Origin: Azolla caroliniana
Lineage: Eukaryota > Plantae > Polypodiophyta
Direction of reading: 5' to 3'
DNA: 64,000 bases
NCBI GenBank assembly: GCA_043228905.1
Contig: JBHGNT010000001.1
Coordinates: 32,364,001-32,428,000, forward strand
This document shows, piece after piece, positions 24,446 through 39,009 of the stretch; within the stretch, counting starts at the first letter, position 1, and each line of letters opens with the position of its first letter. The notes beneath the pieces were generated by a model. The model made no database searches and was not told the origin of the DNA. It saw only the letters and a list, made by a program, of their open reading frames with translations. A program made the translations under genes and the position numbers.

Positions 24446-26347
24446 GTTGGTAACCAAGTTCCGCATTTTTCCTGTAAATGCTTACCTTCTTGTCCGCCCG
24501 GACATTTGTATCTTCTGGTTCGGGGGAGGGGGGGGGGGGGGGGGGTGAGGGGCACTTATGGGCACAACAATGGCTGTCATTGATGATACTACTTACATAC
24601 TCACCAATGTGTAGACACGAAGAGAATATCGGATTTCATGTTCACGAATTTGGGCAAGCTCGTTTGTTTTGCGCTCCCATCTCGTGCCATGGCTATATAG
24701 TGAACAATGAATGTCTTTCCTCGGACACAATGGCATCAAGAATGCCCGTCTCAACCTATATTTGTAACCCATCTCATTGAAATACTATGCCCTAAGTAGA
24801 GCATGCATGCTCTACGTAATCCAGTTAGCTAAACCCTAAAGCTTATTATGTTATTATAATGACCAAATATGAACCCTATGCAAATTGTCACAAGTTCCCC
24901 ATGTCATGTGATACCATTACTTCCATTTCTTGTTATATAATAATGTTCGTGTTGCTCGCTCCACTCTTTGTCATTCGTATTGCATTGCTTGCATGACTTT
25001 GTAAAATGTTCGTTGGGCATTTACTTGAAGAAGAGAATCTTTTTTATGGTCTAGAACATTTGGATCTTAGATCATTGGAGGAGTGAGTATCATGTGATGG
25101 TGTTTCATGTCCATGGAAAGTCATTTATTGTGCATTGATCTCATGGAATTGTGATTAGTGTGTGCCCAAGTTGTGTATTTCACAATCAAATTTTTGAGAG
25201 ATGTCCTCCCTTCATGACCCTTTTGCAAGAATTGAATCACGTAGAAAAACTATATCCCTAATACATCAAAGCTTCATAATTTTAAAGCATTTAAAGTAAA
25301 GTGCTAATTGTAATGACATGTAGAGTGTGACAAGTGTATATAGAAGTTCATTGATATTACTAAGGAGAAATAGCAATAGTACAACATGGGAGAAACATAT
25401 GTTAATAATACCCAAACCCAACATATGCTATTGTAGAGAAACGCAAGCCTGACATTTTGAAAGCATCACTATTCGAGAATTGTTCCAAAGCTGAGAAAAT
25501 ATGTGAATTTCAAAATTCGACAAGTTGAGAATGCCTATTTGGGCATTAGTAAGCATAGGAACATGTGAAGGGACAAGAATTTAGGATGAGATGGAGGTTA
25601 TGGATTAAATATTTTGTGTCAAAGCTAAGAAGGTAATGTATTCTGTCTATACTTGGTAAGGCATCACATGCTAGTAAAACATCGTATCTATATTTTAACC
25701 ATTATAAGGAGGTAATCGTAGGAGAGAACCATGGAACCATGGGTTTCAATAAAGCGTGTACATATTTTGAAATATATCAAGTGTCTTTTCTATAACATTG
25801 GGGTTTAAGGTTAGTTGGTTCACCTCACAAGAACTTTGGCTGAAGATAGTTCTTTAAGAAAACATAAAAATGCTTAACAAAAACCTTACGTTATTCATAG
25901 TTGAATTTTAATCTAGGTGTTTTATAACTTAGTATTCAATAGGGTTATGGACACGTAGAGCTTAATGATATGCATAATTACATCAAGAAGAAAAAACACA
26001 CAAGTTTTAGTTTATTTATTGTAAATAAGGTGCAATTCTTCAAATATAATCAACGATTGAGAAGAGCAATGTAACTACAATTTGAACAATGGGATTCATA
26101 AATCCTTGCTCTCGCACTTTTCAAATACAATGATTTTCATTCATAAATGCATATTGTTCCGGTCAACAATTGGGTTCATTTCTAGTTTTTGAAATAATGC
26201 ATTGAACTCTATTGCATACATGCTATATCTGGAAAAAAAAGAGAAAATATTTTATGGCTCATAATTTCAGTAGTCCTATCGTGGGAAGATATGTGTGCTT
26301 GAGCTTGTCACACTCACAACTGATAAGTCCAATGAATCATAGTTTAG

Positions 26348-26455
26348 CTCCATTTTCCGTTGCATCATTAGTCTAATGAATGATATTAATCATCAGCATA
26401 TCTCCATTTTCCATTGCATCATTAGTCTAATGAATGATATTAATCATCAGCATAT
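26348..26455. repeat. 54-bp tandem duplication
   Basis: CTCCATTTTCC(G/A)TTGCATCATTAGTCTAATGAATGATATTAATCATCAGCATAT twice, with one mismatch. Confidence 0.9.
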
Positions 26456-28049
26456 GAAGTATAGCTAGGTTTTTTTTTTTCAGACACAAAAAAATTGTTG
26501 GTTGGTTGCTTCAATGCTTACCAAGTGGCAAGAGCCCAACAACCTATCATTATTTTTAATTACCCATGAGGAAATCACAACCTTTGGGTTTTCCAAAAAA
26601 ACGCTACAGATTGAGTGTAACTTAACATTCTCATTCTAGAAAAATCCAAATGTATGCTTCTAAATCTAAAACTTTTATAAAGATTTGTTTTCTATCAATT
26701 TTTCTTTGGTTCTAGACAATTTCATTCTTTTGAGATGAAGAGGCAATTATTCATCGTGCATGCTTGATTGTCACACTATGGCAAAACTTGTTCTTATCAT
26801 CGGGTGGTAAATATCTAACATTTGTGTCTCCTATCAATAACTGGCTCGGCATGCAAAAAGAACACCAACTTTTTACAGAAAAAGTAAATTAAAACAAGGT
26901 TTTCTCTTCAACTTATTTCTTTAAGCAGCAACCAATAAGTCTTCAATTATTCATATTGTGGTTGAGTTAAATTGGAGTTTTTATGTTTTGTGAATGTAAA
27001 AGTTGACGAGTCAATCCTATCAAAAGGGTTCAGATTGAAATGTATGAGAAGTATGTATGTTCGTGTCCTCTTGGAAATGTCCTCACCAAGAGTGGCAACT
27101 CCTAAAAGTCAGACAAGATTCTTATGTTTGAGAAATGGGTATCTTTATACAATTGAATTTAGCCATAATTGGTTTATGAGGTTCACGGGATCTCAGTATT
27201 TTATATTGCATACTTTCGAGGCTATTTTGATACAATCCGTAATGCCTTTTCAAGGATAATTTCACCATTCTAAGTATTTGCATCTGTTGTATTCAATAAT
27301 GTAGCTTAAGTTATAATATGTGGGGATATTTAAAGTCTCCTCTTTAATTTATAAAGGTAATGATTTCACCTTGTGCTTTAGCATGCATTGTCTTTTTTGG
27401 TTACCTTTTTAGAAAAATGTGATTCATAACGATGACCATGATAAGGAAAAACAAATTATCCCTCACTCGTATTGACGAATTGAGCATTCACTTATGTTCA
27501 AAGTAATATATGTATATAGACATGTGTGCGTGAACAACTTGTGAGATATGCACTTACAAATGCTTGAAGTACAAAACCATGTGACAATTGTCATTTTTTA
27601 TGAGAAATCAAAGTCCTAAATTCTTTATACGAAAAGATATGCTTCATCCTTTGAGAATCAGCTTTCGTATCACTCTTAAGATGAGCCAATCTATCCACAA
27701 TTGAAAGATGTGGGCTTGTGAGTGCAATCAGCCTTTGAGTGTCAATTTTTGGCATCACCCTAAAGATACACCTATTGATTAAGCAACTTCATATGATTAT
27801 TTTACACAATGAACAGTGAAAACTACAAAAGTATTAGAAAATAGTTGGTGGTCTCATTAAGGTGAGCTTTTGATCCACATGGACCCAAAATGCACAACCT
27901 CTCTCTTATCCAGTACCTCAATGAAGGATTAAATATCCCTAGGACCATGTCAAAGTTTATGGGAAGGTTCTTGTTTTTTAGTCAAGATTCACCATGGTAT
28001 TAATAAAAATATGCCCATAGGCTACAAAGAATCCATACAATAAATTATA

Positions 28050-28935
28050 ACCCTCCTACCCACATCAATCAACATGTCTAGTAGCAGACACCCTCAGGCA
28101 TGGTCCTTTCAAAGACCGGGGGCAGAAAAAGGCATTTTGGTGGAGCATATCTCCAATTTATTTTGTCCCCCAAAAAGGTGAAGACCTAGATAGCCTTTTT
28201 CCAAATTTCTCGAAATTGTTGTTGCTTGCGAAACACAACATCAGGCTCACCATGTGTTGCCTCATATTGACCTCTTAGAGTATGCAGGAACATCAACCAT
28301 ATCTCCTTGACTAACTAAACCGCATTCGGTTTGACTTTCCGAAATACACACTTACATCTTGCCTTCCATAATATCCAAACTACTAAAGAAGATATTGTAG
28401 ACTAAACCTTGTCCTCTTCCAAACAATGGATTAGTATAGTATAAGAGGCCTCCAATACATGTCTTCCATCGGAGAGGAGAAGAAAATCAACAGTCCCTTT
28501 CATAATTCTGTATTTCTTCAACCAACCTTCCCCATCTTACAAAACCTCATCTGGACATCTGTTTACCATAAATAAGATACAAAATTCTCAACATTCTTTT
28601 CCATATTGCCCTAGCTATAGGACATACCCATAAAACATGGTGAACCATTTCACTAGGAAAACCACAACTGTCACATTTTAAATCGTGACAATGCCCACTC
28701 ATCCATGACTTCACAGGAATGCCATAATGTACCAACAACCATCTAAACCAAACAATTTTTCTAGGAATTTGCATGGCCCATAGCCATTTCCAATAAGCAT
28801 TCAACCAAGACTGTCGTGCATTACCAAAGCTCCAAAATTTACATGTTGTTGGTGTAACAACCACACGCCTCCTCAACAACTCTCTACCCATTTTAACCGA
28901 GTACTGAAAGTTTATGAGAAGGTTTGTGGGTTGAA
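28050..28935 (-). mobile_element. Degenerate LINE ORF2 3' fragment
   Basis: FQYSVKMGRELL..YWKWLWAMQIPRKIVWFRWLLVHYGIP..CDSCGFPSEMVHHVLWVC (zf-RVT-like), and downstream WRYAPPKCLF. Boundaries are approximate. Confidence 0.8.
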
Positions 28936-29218
28936 GATCACACAAACCATTTCATTTATAAGAACGAACACGACAAAGACCTTTATGATATATAGTGGTT
29001 TGTCAAAATTCAATGTCATGCCATTACAACCACCTTTCTGTCATCTTGAAACGCCATTTGCTAGTGAATTGAAACATTGTGCACTCCCACATTCACCTCA
29101 GAAGTTAGAACACCACATTAACTTCGACATAAACAATGGCTACATCTAAATGGTAACAATAATTCTTTGATAGACCTTTACACCATTTTCAATCCAAGTT
29201 CAATTAACAGTACCCTCA

Positions 29219-29372
29219 AGTTCACATCCATACGTTCATGACCCATGTTCAAAAGATTGCAAAGTGCATTACAATGACAATACGCTCTAGTTCACATCCA
29301 TACATTCATGACCCATGCTCAAAAGACTGCAAAGTGCATTACATTGACAATACAATCTAGTTCACATCCATA
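29219..29372. repeat. 70-bp tandem repeat, ~2.2 copies
   Basis: AGTTCACATCCATA recurs at 29219, 29289 and 29359. Confidence 0.9.
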
Positions 29373-30399
29373 TGTTGAGATACATTGAAAATAGAAATTG
29401 GGGGTTGGTTAAATATTGAGCAAAAAGCAAGAATTTGTGATCATCTATTTTGAGTAAACATACCAAAAACAAGAGAACGTGTCATTTTGGAATGCCTCCC
29501 ATATGAGGACATCAAGCATGATTTTCTAGAATTCTTGTACGGTTGTATTAGCTCTCAAGCTCTCAAGCTCTCAAGAACTCGTTACGAGGAAACCTTTACA
29601 TAAAATGGAAGATATAAAATGATGTAAACTATAAGGCAACCATGGTAAAATATTATTATCTCTGTGATCTAAGTGCATAGCCAAAACATAACAAAGAAAA
29701 TAATTTTCTCTAAATTGTCATAGAACCATTGATAATCTTGTCACTCTTTGACCCCTAATTGAGAGAAGTTGTCTCATTGAAGTGATAGATTGTGTGTCTA
29801 TTGGAGTCTATTGGAGATGGAAATTTTGAAATTTCACTAGTTATATTGTTATTAAGCATCAAAGAGTTGGAACAAATTGTTGGTATGCACTATTACATTT
29901 TTACCCAACTCTCTTTTATTGATGTATTGATGAGTGGAACAAGTGGTTGATAACATTATATAACACGAAGGCATTGGAAGAGGGTATTATTGTCAATGTA
30001 AACAATGTGCTTTTGCTATGGTTCTTGCATCAAATACTTTAGAACATGCATGAAAACCTAGGAGTGGCACAAATGTTTTTGTATGCATTGTAAGTTTATT
30101 GTCAATAGTTCCAAAATCAAGTTTGTGGTGTGAAGACTCTCCTTCATCATAAACCTTGCATTGTTTATAAATTATAATAATGATTTACTTGAAATGGTAG
30201 AAAACTTCAAATAACATTGGGATTAAGGTTCCATTAATATTGAGATGGAAAAAAATGTTTTACTCTCCACATTGAAGTGGAAAAGGAGCATATTGAGCAA
30301 TAAAAGAGAAATCAAATGTTGAAATCTCAAGAAATGTCACTTTGACATTTTAGTGATATTGGGTTGAAGTATGGAGTAGTTGAAACTATGGGTCTACTA

Positions 30400-30670
30400 G
30401 TAAAAGGCTTCGAAAATATCTACAAGTTTTTCATGATGTGAAAAAAGAGTACGTTTGGATGAGTAGAGATGGTGTAAATTGGGGTTTGTTTCAGTTTTGT
30501 TGGGGATAAGGGCCACGTGAGTTTTGTTGGTTTTTTGTTGTTTGTTTTGGAGTTGTTCCTCTGTGTTGTATATATTGATTCCCGACATTGTGGATTTGAG
30601 TTGAACTTTGCTGTATTCAATTTACTAAGTAACGTGAAGTAGTGTTTTTTTGAAAAAAAAAGAAAAAAGT
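30400..30670 (+). mobile_element. Possible LINE 3' end remnant
   Basis: GT-rich UTR-like stretch ending GTGAAGTAGTGTTTTTTTGAAAAAAAAAGAAAAAAG, similar to the T-tract/G/A-tract ends of the other LINEs. No TSD found. Confidence 0.3.
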
Positions 30671-31496
30671 TTGTCATTATGAACTTTCTTTAAGCCATGA
30701 AAGAAATGCTCCTTCTTGGGGTTGTATTACTTCCGATTGAGTCATTGAGATAATGGGCATGAAGAGGGTATACATGTTGAACCCTTTTAAACATAACTTG
30801 CATTGACTTTAGAGACTAGGATTTGACACAAGTAAAAAGATAAAATGATACACAAAAGCAAAACTTTGAGTTTTAGTAAATGCTAGAAATGAAGAATGGT
30901 TTGGAAGGTGACATGAACTTCGAGGCATCCAATGTATCTTTTTTTGGTAGAGACATTAAAGCTCATGATTTACACATTATATTACATATATTGCACCAAA
31001 TCCGCTTTCTTCTCCAAATTGTTTTGTGAACTTTCATAAGTGGAACTAATGTTTGGGGAAGGTAGTAATTTTCTATGATGCCTTTCACAGTTTTAAAGGA
31101 TCTTTATTTTCTTGCTTCCTTGCATCTTCGAGGATTTTCATATCGACCACACAAACTATTTTCATCCTTTGTTTTGCTAATTCATTGACATTTGCTTTGT
31201 AGCTTCTTATGATTCTTAAGTTACATTATTTCTTGAGTTGAAGTTATAAACATAACTCCCATATCTCCAATATAGGAGTTTTTGGTGCCAAATATATATC
31301 CTTTTCATCACAACTATTCTATCTAGGCATTTATGTTGCAACATGTATCATAACCTTGTTTGCAACTTCATTACACGGTGTTTGATGGTTTGTTATGTTT
31401 TTATCCATGATGAATGCCTTTGATGGGAAAATAATTACAATGCTTTAAAATCACTCAAAACTTATAGAATTTATTGCATAAGTCCTTCACATTTTT

Positions 31497-31567
31497 TTAT
31501 TTTTTTTTTCCAAAAAAAAAAAATTCCTTCCATTAGTTATAAAATTGTACAAATGAGACGATTACAA
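31497..31567 (-). mobile_element. 71-bp tail-only LINE insertion with ~19-bp TSD
   Basis: TSD ATAAGTCCTTCACATTTTT at 31478-31496 and 31568-31586. The insert nearly matches the 3' end of the LINE at 2281-2338: TCCTTCCATTAGTTATAAAATT(T/G)TACAAATGAGA(T/C)GATTA. Confidence 0.9.
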
Positions 31568-32257
31568 ATAAGTCCTTCACATTTTTATTTTGATATACAT
31601 GTATGATGTATAGATATAGTAGTGATAATATAGTGTTGCAAAGAGAAACATTTATGAACAACTGTTACATGTACGAAGAAACCCATGATATAGTAAAAGG
31701 AAGGACAACAAATGCACAAGCTTTAGAGTGTGGCAATGTGCCCTGAATTGTGTCTCTCTCATACGTCAAGTTCATATCTCCAACACAATTGCATGTCAAC
31801 CTTACACTTTGGTGTCGATCCATAGCTATGTTCTCTCCACATATAGAACCTGAGTGTTAAAGCAAGCACCAACAAACATCAAGAAGTATGCGACCATAGA
31901 CATGTGGGTGGTGGTATTTATACTCCATGAACCCGTGTTGTAACTTGTCATCCATTAACAAATGTCAACTTCGTGCCTTTATTTGCAACCCTTAATGTTT
32001 GAGTAGTTGCCCAAATTGCTTTTCTCTCTTGACCATTGCACCCTTCCGTCAACTTCAAAAAAATTGAAGTCCTTGTCATAGCAGCTTCTCCAAAAAATGG
32101 TTGTGTGTGTGTGGGTGTAGATCTTACAAAATTTATATATCTCGCTTTATGAAATTGTAGTATGCAAGCAAGATCATCTCTACACATTTGATTTGACATA
32201 AACTTGATAAAGCAAAAGTAAAGAATCAAACTATGTAGTATCTATCATGAAATGCTA

Positions 32258-32295
<38 letters not shown>

Positions 32296-35200
32296 GTATG
32301 ACATGGTGACACTTCACCCATTAACAACATAAAGATTCATAGCTATTGACAAAAAGGAGGCACGGACTTGGATGCTCTATACATCAATGAGCATCTCGTG
32401 CCACAAAAAACTAATTATTCTTGTCAACAATGATTGTTAAAGTTGTGGAGATTGTGCATCCAATCCACCAACATCTAGGAAAATCCTCTTCGGGACTTGG
32501 AAGAATCAAAATATTGTTGTGTTTCAGAAATTATGTCATAAATTTGGCCGATTTCGAGGAATGGTGAATTTATTCTTGTTCATATAAAATGCATATTTGC
32601 TATATGTAGTTGTACATTTGAAGAATGCCCAAAAACAAGAAGAATCAAATGGTATGCAATTTAACATGGTCTTATCCCATGTTCCACTTGTTCGTAGAAA
32701 TGAACAAAGTTTTTTTGTCATTTATCCTTTTTCAATAATGCATTTATTTTAGGTGTTTGCCGATCTATCCAATTGGCGTAATCTCATTCATTTGGACATA
32801 AACACTCCCACCAACTTTCTATTCTTCTCCAATGAAAATTTATGTATGTTCGTGATGTACATATGACATCATTACATTCACCTCTCACCAAACCTCTATT
32901 TGATTTCCTTTGGAAGCCCTTATCTTATGAGACATCAATCCCTCTTTCCAACTTTTCAATGTTAGAATACCATGTCTTATCACTCTTCACACAACATAGA
33001 GGTTTGAAACACTGTGTATAAACCGTGTGTGTATCTGTAATTCATGATATTATTTGGGAACAAAAGTAACCATTTGACGTCACTCACATTCAACGTCTTG
33101 TCAAAGAATTATCAAGTTACCATGTCTCGAAGTCCCTCACATGGTGGCTTGATAATGCTTTGACACGATGTCTCCCATAAATGTATTTGGAGTCAACATT
33201 TTTGGTACCATCTGATAGAGACCATAATCAAACCATGTGTGCCAATGGGGCTCAAGTTCTCAACGGTTCCCCGATGCCCATAAACAATATATTTGAAAGT
33301 CATCTTAAAGCACAATAGAGACGTGTCTTCATGTAAGTACACAAGGGAGGCACAACAACGAGAGGCATAGTACGATGGAGACAAGTGAAGTGCAATGATT
33401 CACAAAGCAAAGCATATCAATGTTGATAAAACAAGAGACATTGATTTCCATATAACTCTTTATTTTCAAAGTTGTAAACTTCCAAAACGTCACCATCTTG
33501 CACGCGGGATTTATTTCACACAGTTAAAGATTGTCTAACTAGAGTAGAAACATATGTTTATGGTCACGAACGAGGAAGAAACATTATTCATATTCTAAGG
33601 TACATTCGATATTTATGGTGTAGTTTCTATTTTGAAGTTTATACATCTACCTTAAATAAAAAAGATATCAACTAGTGATCGCTAAATAACTTTTAAACTC
33701 TTTGATGATCATATAATGACTGTAAACATCTACCCTCTAATGTTTAAACAACAATCCATGGTAAATAATAATGATTTTAATAATGATTTTGAAATTTTTG
33801 TATTTTGATGCACATGAAACACATGACAATAAGAAATGCTTACTTGTATCATGTTGTGTTTCATAATGAGTTTCCATTTGGCTATTGGCATCTATGCCAA
33901 AGTTAAATCTTCCCACAACCATTCCACTGCCATATTCATTTATCAAGCCCATGATGGCATGATCTTGCAAGACAATCCACTTTAGTATTTATCAATTGAT
34001 TATCTTACTCTTTCATCTAGGAATGATATTTTATTTGGGTTCATCTCTCACACTCCACTATTGGTTTATTGATTATCTTTCTCTATCATCCATATTTGGG
34101 GACCTCTCTCACACACATGGATATTTTTTATGAAATCATTTGATTGGTGTCTAAATGACTCAAGCAAAACCTAAATTGTCTCAACTGCTAATTGATTTTT
34201 ACAACCTATAACTTAGCTCTTAAATCAAAGAGAGAAAATTTCTCAAGGATCATGAATAACCACTGGTTCTACCATATCATCGAGGTTAATACCCATTTAG
34301 CAAAAGGAAGAATAAGTCTCTTTAAAAAAATTATTTAACAAGTACAAAGTTGTTTCATGAGCATGTGTGCATGTACGCACAACACAACGGATATAAAGAT
34401 CATTTGAAGTTTTATTTAGCATTGGCTAAGATCAACATTGTTTAATCCTTAGGTTTTAGGAAAGGAATTTCTATAGGAAAAGAAAGGTAAGTAGCCTATA
34501 TGATCTCAACCTAGTCCATACATGTATGTATCCAAGATTTTCGAAAACTTTACCTTTCGAACGTAAAATTCACAATTATCACATTTTTTTTCCTATTATT
34601 TGTGCATACTAGTTATATCAAAAGATTAACCCTAGTTTCTTTTCAATTATCAATATAAATACTTCTTGTTATTTCTTGCATAATCCTCTAGGAGTTATGA
34701 TCCTTGTGGACCTTATTTTGCCCTTGGAGAATTGGAAAAGGGAAATATATTAATTGGGTGTAAAGATTCATTAAGATTGGAAGGAAAGAAGAATAGCAAG
34801 AATGCCATACCTCTAGAAATGGGAAGAACATATGTAAACAGGTTCCAAAACTATGTAATAAAAGTTAATGACATTTTGACTCTTATGTGCATAGACTTAT
34901 GAACCAATTCTAAAGTCTAGTTTTTATGGTTTTAAGGGCAAGATAAGTTGGAACCTGGTTATCTTAGGACTTGGAATAGCTAGGGACACGTGGTCTACAA
35001 TATAAAGGGGTTAAACAAGATAAAGGGGAGTAGCTACCTCTTCAACATAACTTCTCGATGACATTGAGACTTTGCCGATGAGGAATAGGCCTTGCATTTT
35101 GCTTCCATCAATTGGTTGAATTCAGTGTATAATATAAGCCCATATTTGGTGGTGTGGGACATTGATGTTTTATGTTCTTCTCCTCTGCTCAACGGTCGTT

Positions 35201-38200
35201 AAGCATCAGTTTTTGGAAAGGCTACAATGTCACTCCAGATGTTTTTGCAATAATTGTTGAGTTTTGGTTGTTGTTCATTCATACATTATGTGGTCAATAT
35301 GAAAGTTTTACACGGAATTTCGATGTTATTTTCATGAAGCAAATGCATTTTAAAAGGTTATGGGATTCAATGCTCTATTTTAGGGAAGATGGATGTATAT
35401 GGTTCCCATCATTCTCGGAAACGATGTGTACTAACTTCATTGTTGGCTTTTGCTGATTTTGAGTTACTACAATCTGCAATTTGGGAGGAGTAGAGCATAG
35501 TAATCATGGAGATTGGTATATTGCATTGGAAACGTCGAGTGGCTCATTTACATTTGTCTTATACAAATATACTTGTTGTATATATACATCAAATCAGCTA
35601 TGATATGGATCTATGTGATTCAGATGTCATGTCTGTTTCTTCAACTTCTATACTTGTTCCTTGTGATCTTATAATACCGCATATCTTTCATGGAAAAAAA
35701 GGGTTGTTAAGCACCTTTAATACATTATTATGTATAATATGTATATTTAATACAACCAACACACCATTTGGTGTTTAGGGCACAAAAATCTAAAATTGGG
35801 CTCATAATCTAGTTATTTATTTAACATATAGCAAATTTGGTATGGCTTGAAATTATTATAAACGAAAATGAAGTACATTACAAAAATACGTGCAAGATCT
35901 ATGAACAATAATGAATGATGTCATGGAAATGGTCTAACTTGTTTTATATCAAGGCTACTTTGACAAATATCACAACATAAAATAACATTAGTTCTCTTTA
36001 AGCTTCACGTCGACCACACCTAGAAACGTCATTAGGCATGTACAAGATTGTGCACGTCATGCCACATGAATATGCATAGAGACCTAAAGAACATACTTTG
36101 TTCAATTGTTCAACATATACCAATATCCGGGATACCTTCTCCATGATGCTTCAAAGTTGTGACAATTTGCAACAAGTTTTTTAAAAATCAGCCTATGATA
36201 TTTGCGTAAATGGTAACAAAACTATTGGTGTATCAAGACAAGTAAGATTGAGACTAAATTTGCAATCATTTTGGATAGTGATACCAATGGTCTTACATAG
36301 CCTCCTGAGGATGGTATATAGCCATTAATATCTATCGGGGAAATAGAGATGGATACATGCGTAATTATAAAAAAAAAACAAAATTTAATAGGCGAAGTTC
36401 ACAAGCCAAGACAATAGTTTTATAGCAAGGCTTCTAGATATATGCAAAGTAGAAAGGGTATATTATGATTTACTCACAAAATCCCCCAAGTTTATTTTCA
36501 AGGTACAATGTTATTATATTTTTACACTTGTAAATCTGATTTATAAAACTTTAGATATATGCACAAGCCACAAGACGAAGCATAATTATATGTGCCAAAG
36601 CTTGATACATTTTAGTAATGTGTGCCCTTCAAGCACCTCTAAAATGTCAGTGAACTAAAATTTCTTGTCAATGACATTTAGTTCCAGTTTCCTTGTTTGG
36701 ACCAAAATTAATTTGATCTTCATGCCCAACTATTTGCTCTAGTAATCTGTAGATTCCACAAAACATATATTTGTATAATGTTCAAATTGAGTCGAGTTCA
36801 ATGTTCCACTCAAAATAGACTATAGACATGGGTTCCCACTTAATAGAAACAAGGAGATGGTCAACATTGGAATGGGTTGGACACTTTTGACAAAGTTTGT
36901 TAGAGCGTCAAAAGCACAATGATAATTGTGCATAAATATCTCTCTCATGTTGGCTTGCTGGTTTACACTAGAGCATCAAAATTGTAAACTTGAGAGAACC
37001 TATAATCAATCCTAGTTATGGGCTAGTCCTCGTTTCATAGATCATATTTGGTCTCCCATGAATGTCTGTCTTTCGCTCTCTAAAATGTTAGTTTATCCTA
37101 AAACAACATGACAATATAAACAATTCTTCTTCTCCCTCCAACAATAGTGAGGCTCTTAAGGCAAGGTAAACCCTTCAAGGATTCGTGAGACCAAGTGACA
37201 TATAGGAAACTCCTCCATGAACAAGGTATGCACTAAGCCTAGTTGCGAAAACTACACGATCGACTTCTCTTTCAAGATTTGTAAATGTTGTGGTACTCAT
37301 TTCTCGTACTCCAAGTGTGCCACACACCTTGTTGGCCATTCAACGATACAACCCATTGACCATCAAAAATAGTTCTTCGTGACTCATAAATCTTAGAAGG
37401 AGACCAACTACCCTTACATTATATGTAGCTATCTTCACACCTCACTAGTTAGGCTTCTTCTTGACATGAGCATGTTCTCATTGCACAAATATATTTGGTA
37501 TAGCACCAAGAGAAACAAGAGAAACGCATTTTGCATGAACAATAGTTGGTTAGCCACTAATGCCCTAGTAACTTTTGAGTCGCTTCGTTTCCAAAGTTAT
37601 TTCTTACACGATGTAATGATTTTACCATTCTTATCAAACATTAATTTTAACAATTGATTTTGTGGTTTGGATTGAACATGATTTGTGCTATTTTACATGT
37701 ACACAAGAAAAGGGACTTAATATGCATTTTAGAGCTTACATAACAAAACAAACGTTGCTTTAAAATTCGTTGTTAATTTGGTAACACATTGCCTCTCTAT
37801 GGAACTTAAATGTAGGAAAATGGCATCACTAAGACTCCTTGAAAAGAGTTCGAAAATGTCCAAACATGTTTCATATATTCAAGTCAAGACACAAATATAC
37901 ATGCACCTACTCGAGACTGAATCACATGCCATTGAGATATTAGCATAGCAACCATCACATCAACTTCCTAGACTCATGAAAAGAAATAAACAAAAAATCA
38001 AAAGATGCAAAAACGAAATTTTAAATTTCAAACGGATGCAAGAAACAAAGAAATAGTTTCGATGACAGAATGCATTATAGTTGCGTAATTATTAGTCAAT
38101 AGATTCTATCCTGATTGAGAGTTATTTACAATGCTCATGTATCACAGCTTGGGAGAAATGTGGAAAGCTCATGTTTCACATATTATACTATATGTTACTC

Positions 38201-39009
38201 CAATCCAAAAAATCACCTTCTCTACACAAGAAAGTCCCACTCACCCATACATTTTTAGAGACCATCTCTCCCTTTGCCATTTTACACACTATATTAAACA
38301 TTACTCCAACCTACAGGATTACCTTTTCTGAACAAAAAACAGACACACTAATTGCCATCGGCATCATTGCTTCAACACAACTTAGCTCACATTCTTTTCA
38401 ATGTAAGACCAAGCATGGGGCATAAGCAAGGAAATTCTTTAACCATGCATACCTTGCTCTGAACAAGTTCATGAAGGGTTGCCAAACACTATTACAATGC
38501 TCTACCTTTGATCACCATCAAGTTTTCTTTCCAAGCATGATCAAGCAAATACAATGCCTACACATTCCTCTCATAGTCTAATTATGCACTCTCAATTCCA
38601 ACATTCGTTAGTAAAATTAATCAAAATCAGGGGTCACTAAACTCCATCATACTACATGAAAATATTTCGCTCGGTTCAATAGTTCATATTGAGCGTTCAT
38701 GAGGACAATAATAAAATCTCTTCACAAAATATATTGCTACATGGATCATCATAATATGGAAAGGTTATAGGTTTTTCCTTTCATTAACCATACAATAATT
38801 GAAATTAGTTTTGATTTTGTCAAACTCCTGTAGTGCAAGAATGATTAGTGCAACTAAATGTTTTATTAGTGTAATCAAGAATTTATTCAAATTCCATTAC
38901 ACTGAGCATATCTGTTATGAACAATTGATAATTTCTTCAAAATGTATAACAGTCTATGTCACTTAAAAAACTAGTAAAGAATTCAGATCTTCAACTCTAG
39001 ACCTTGAGA

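Noticed and set aside
29700-33400. Possible hAT or CACTA transposase remnants on the minus strand
   Set aside because: Only a few weak motif-like words (IWCNIC, KYIYGRHR), with no termini or continuous frame. Needs a translated HMM search.
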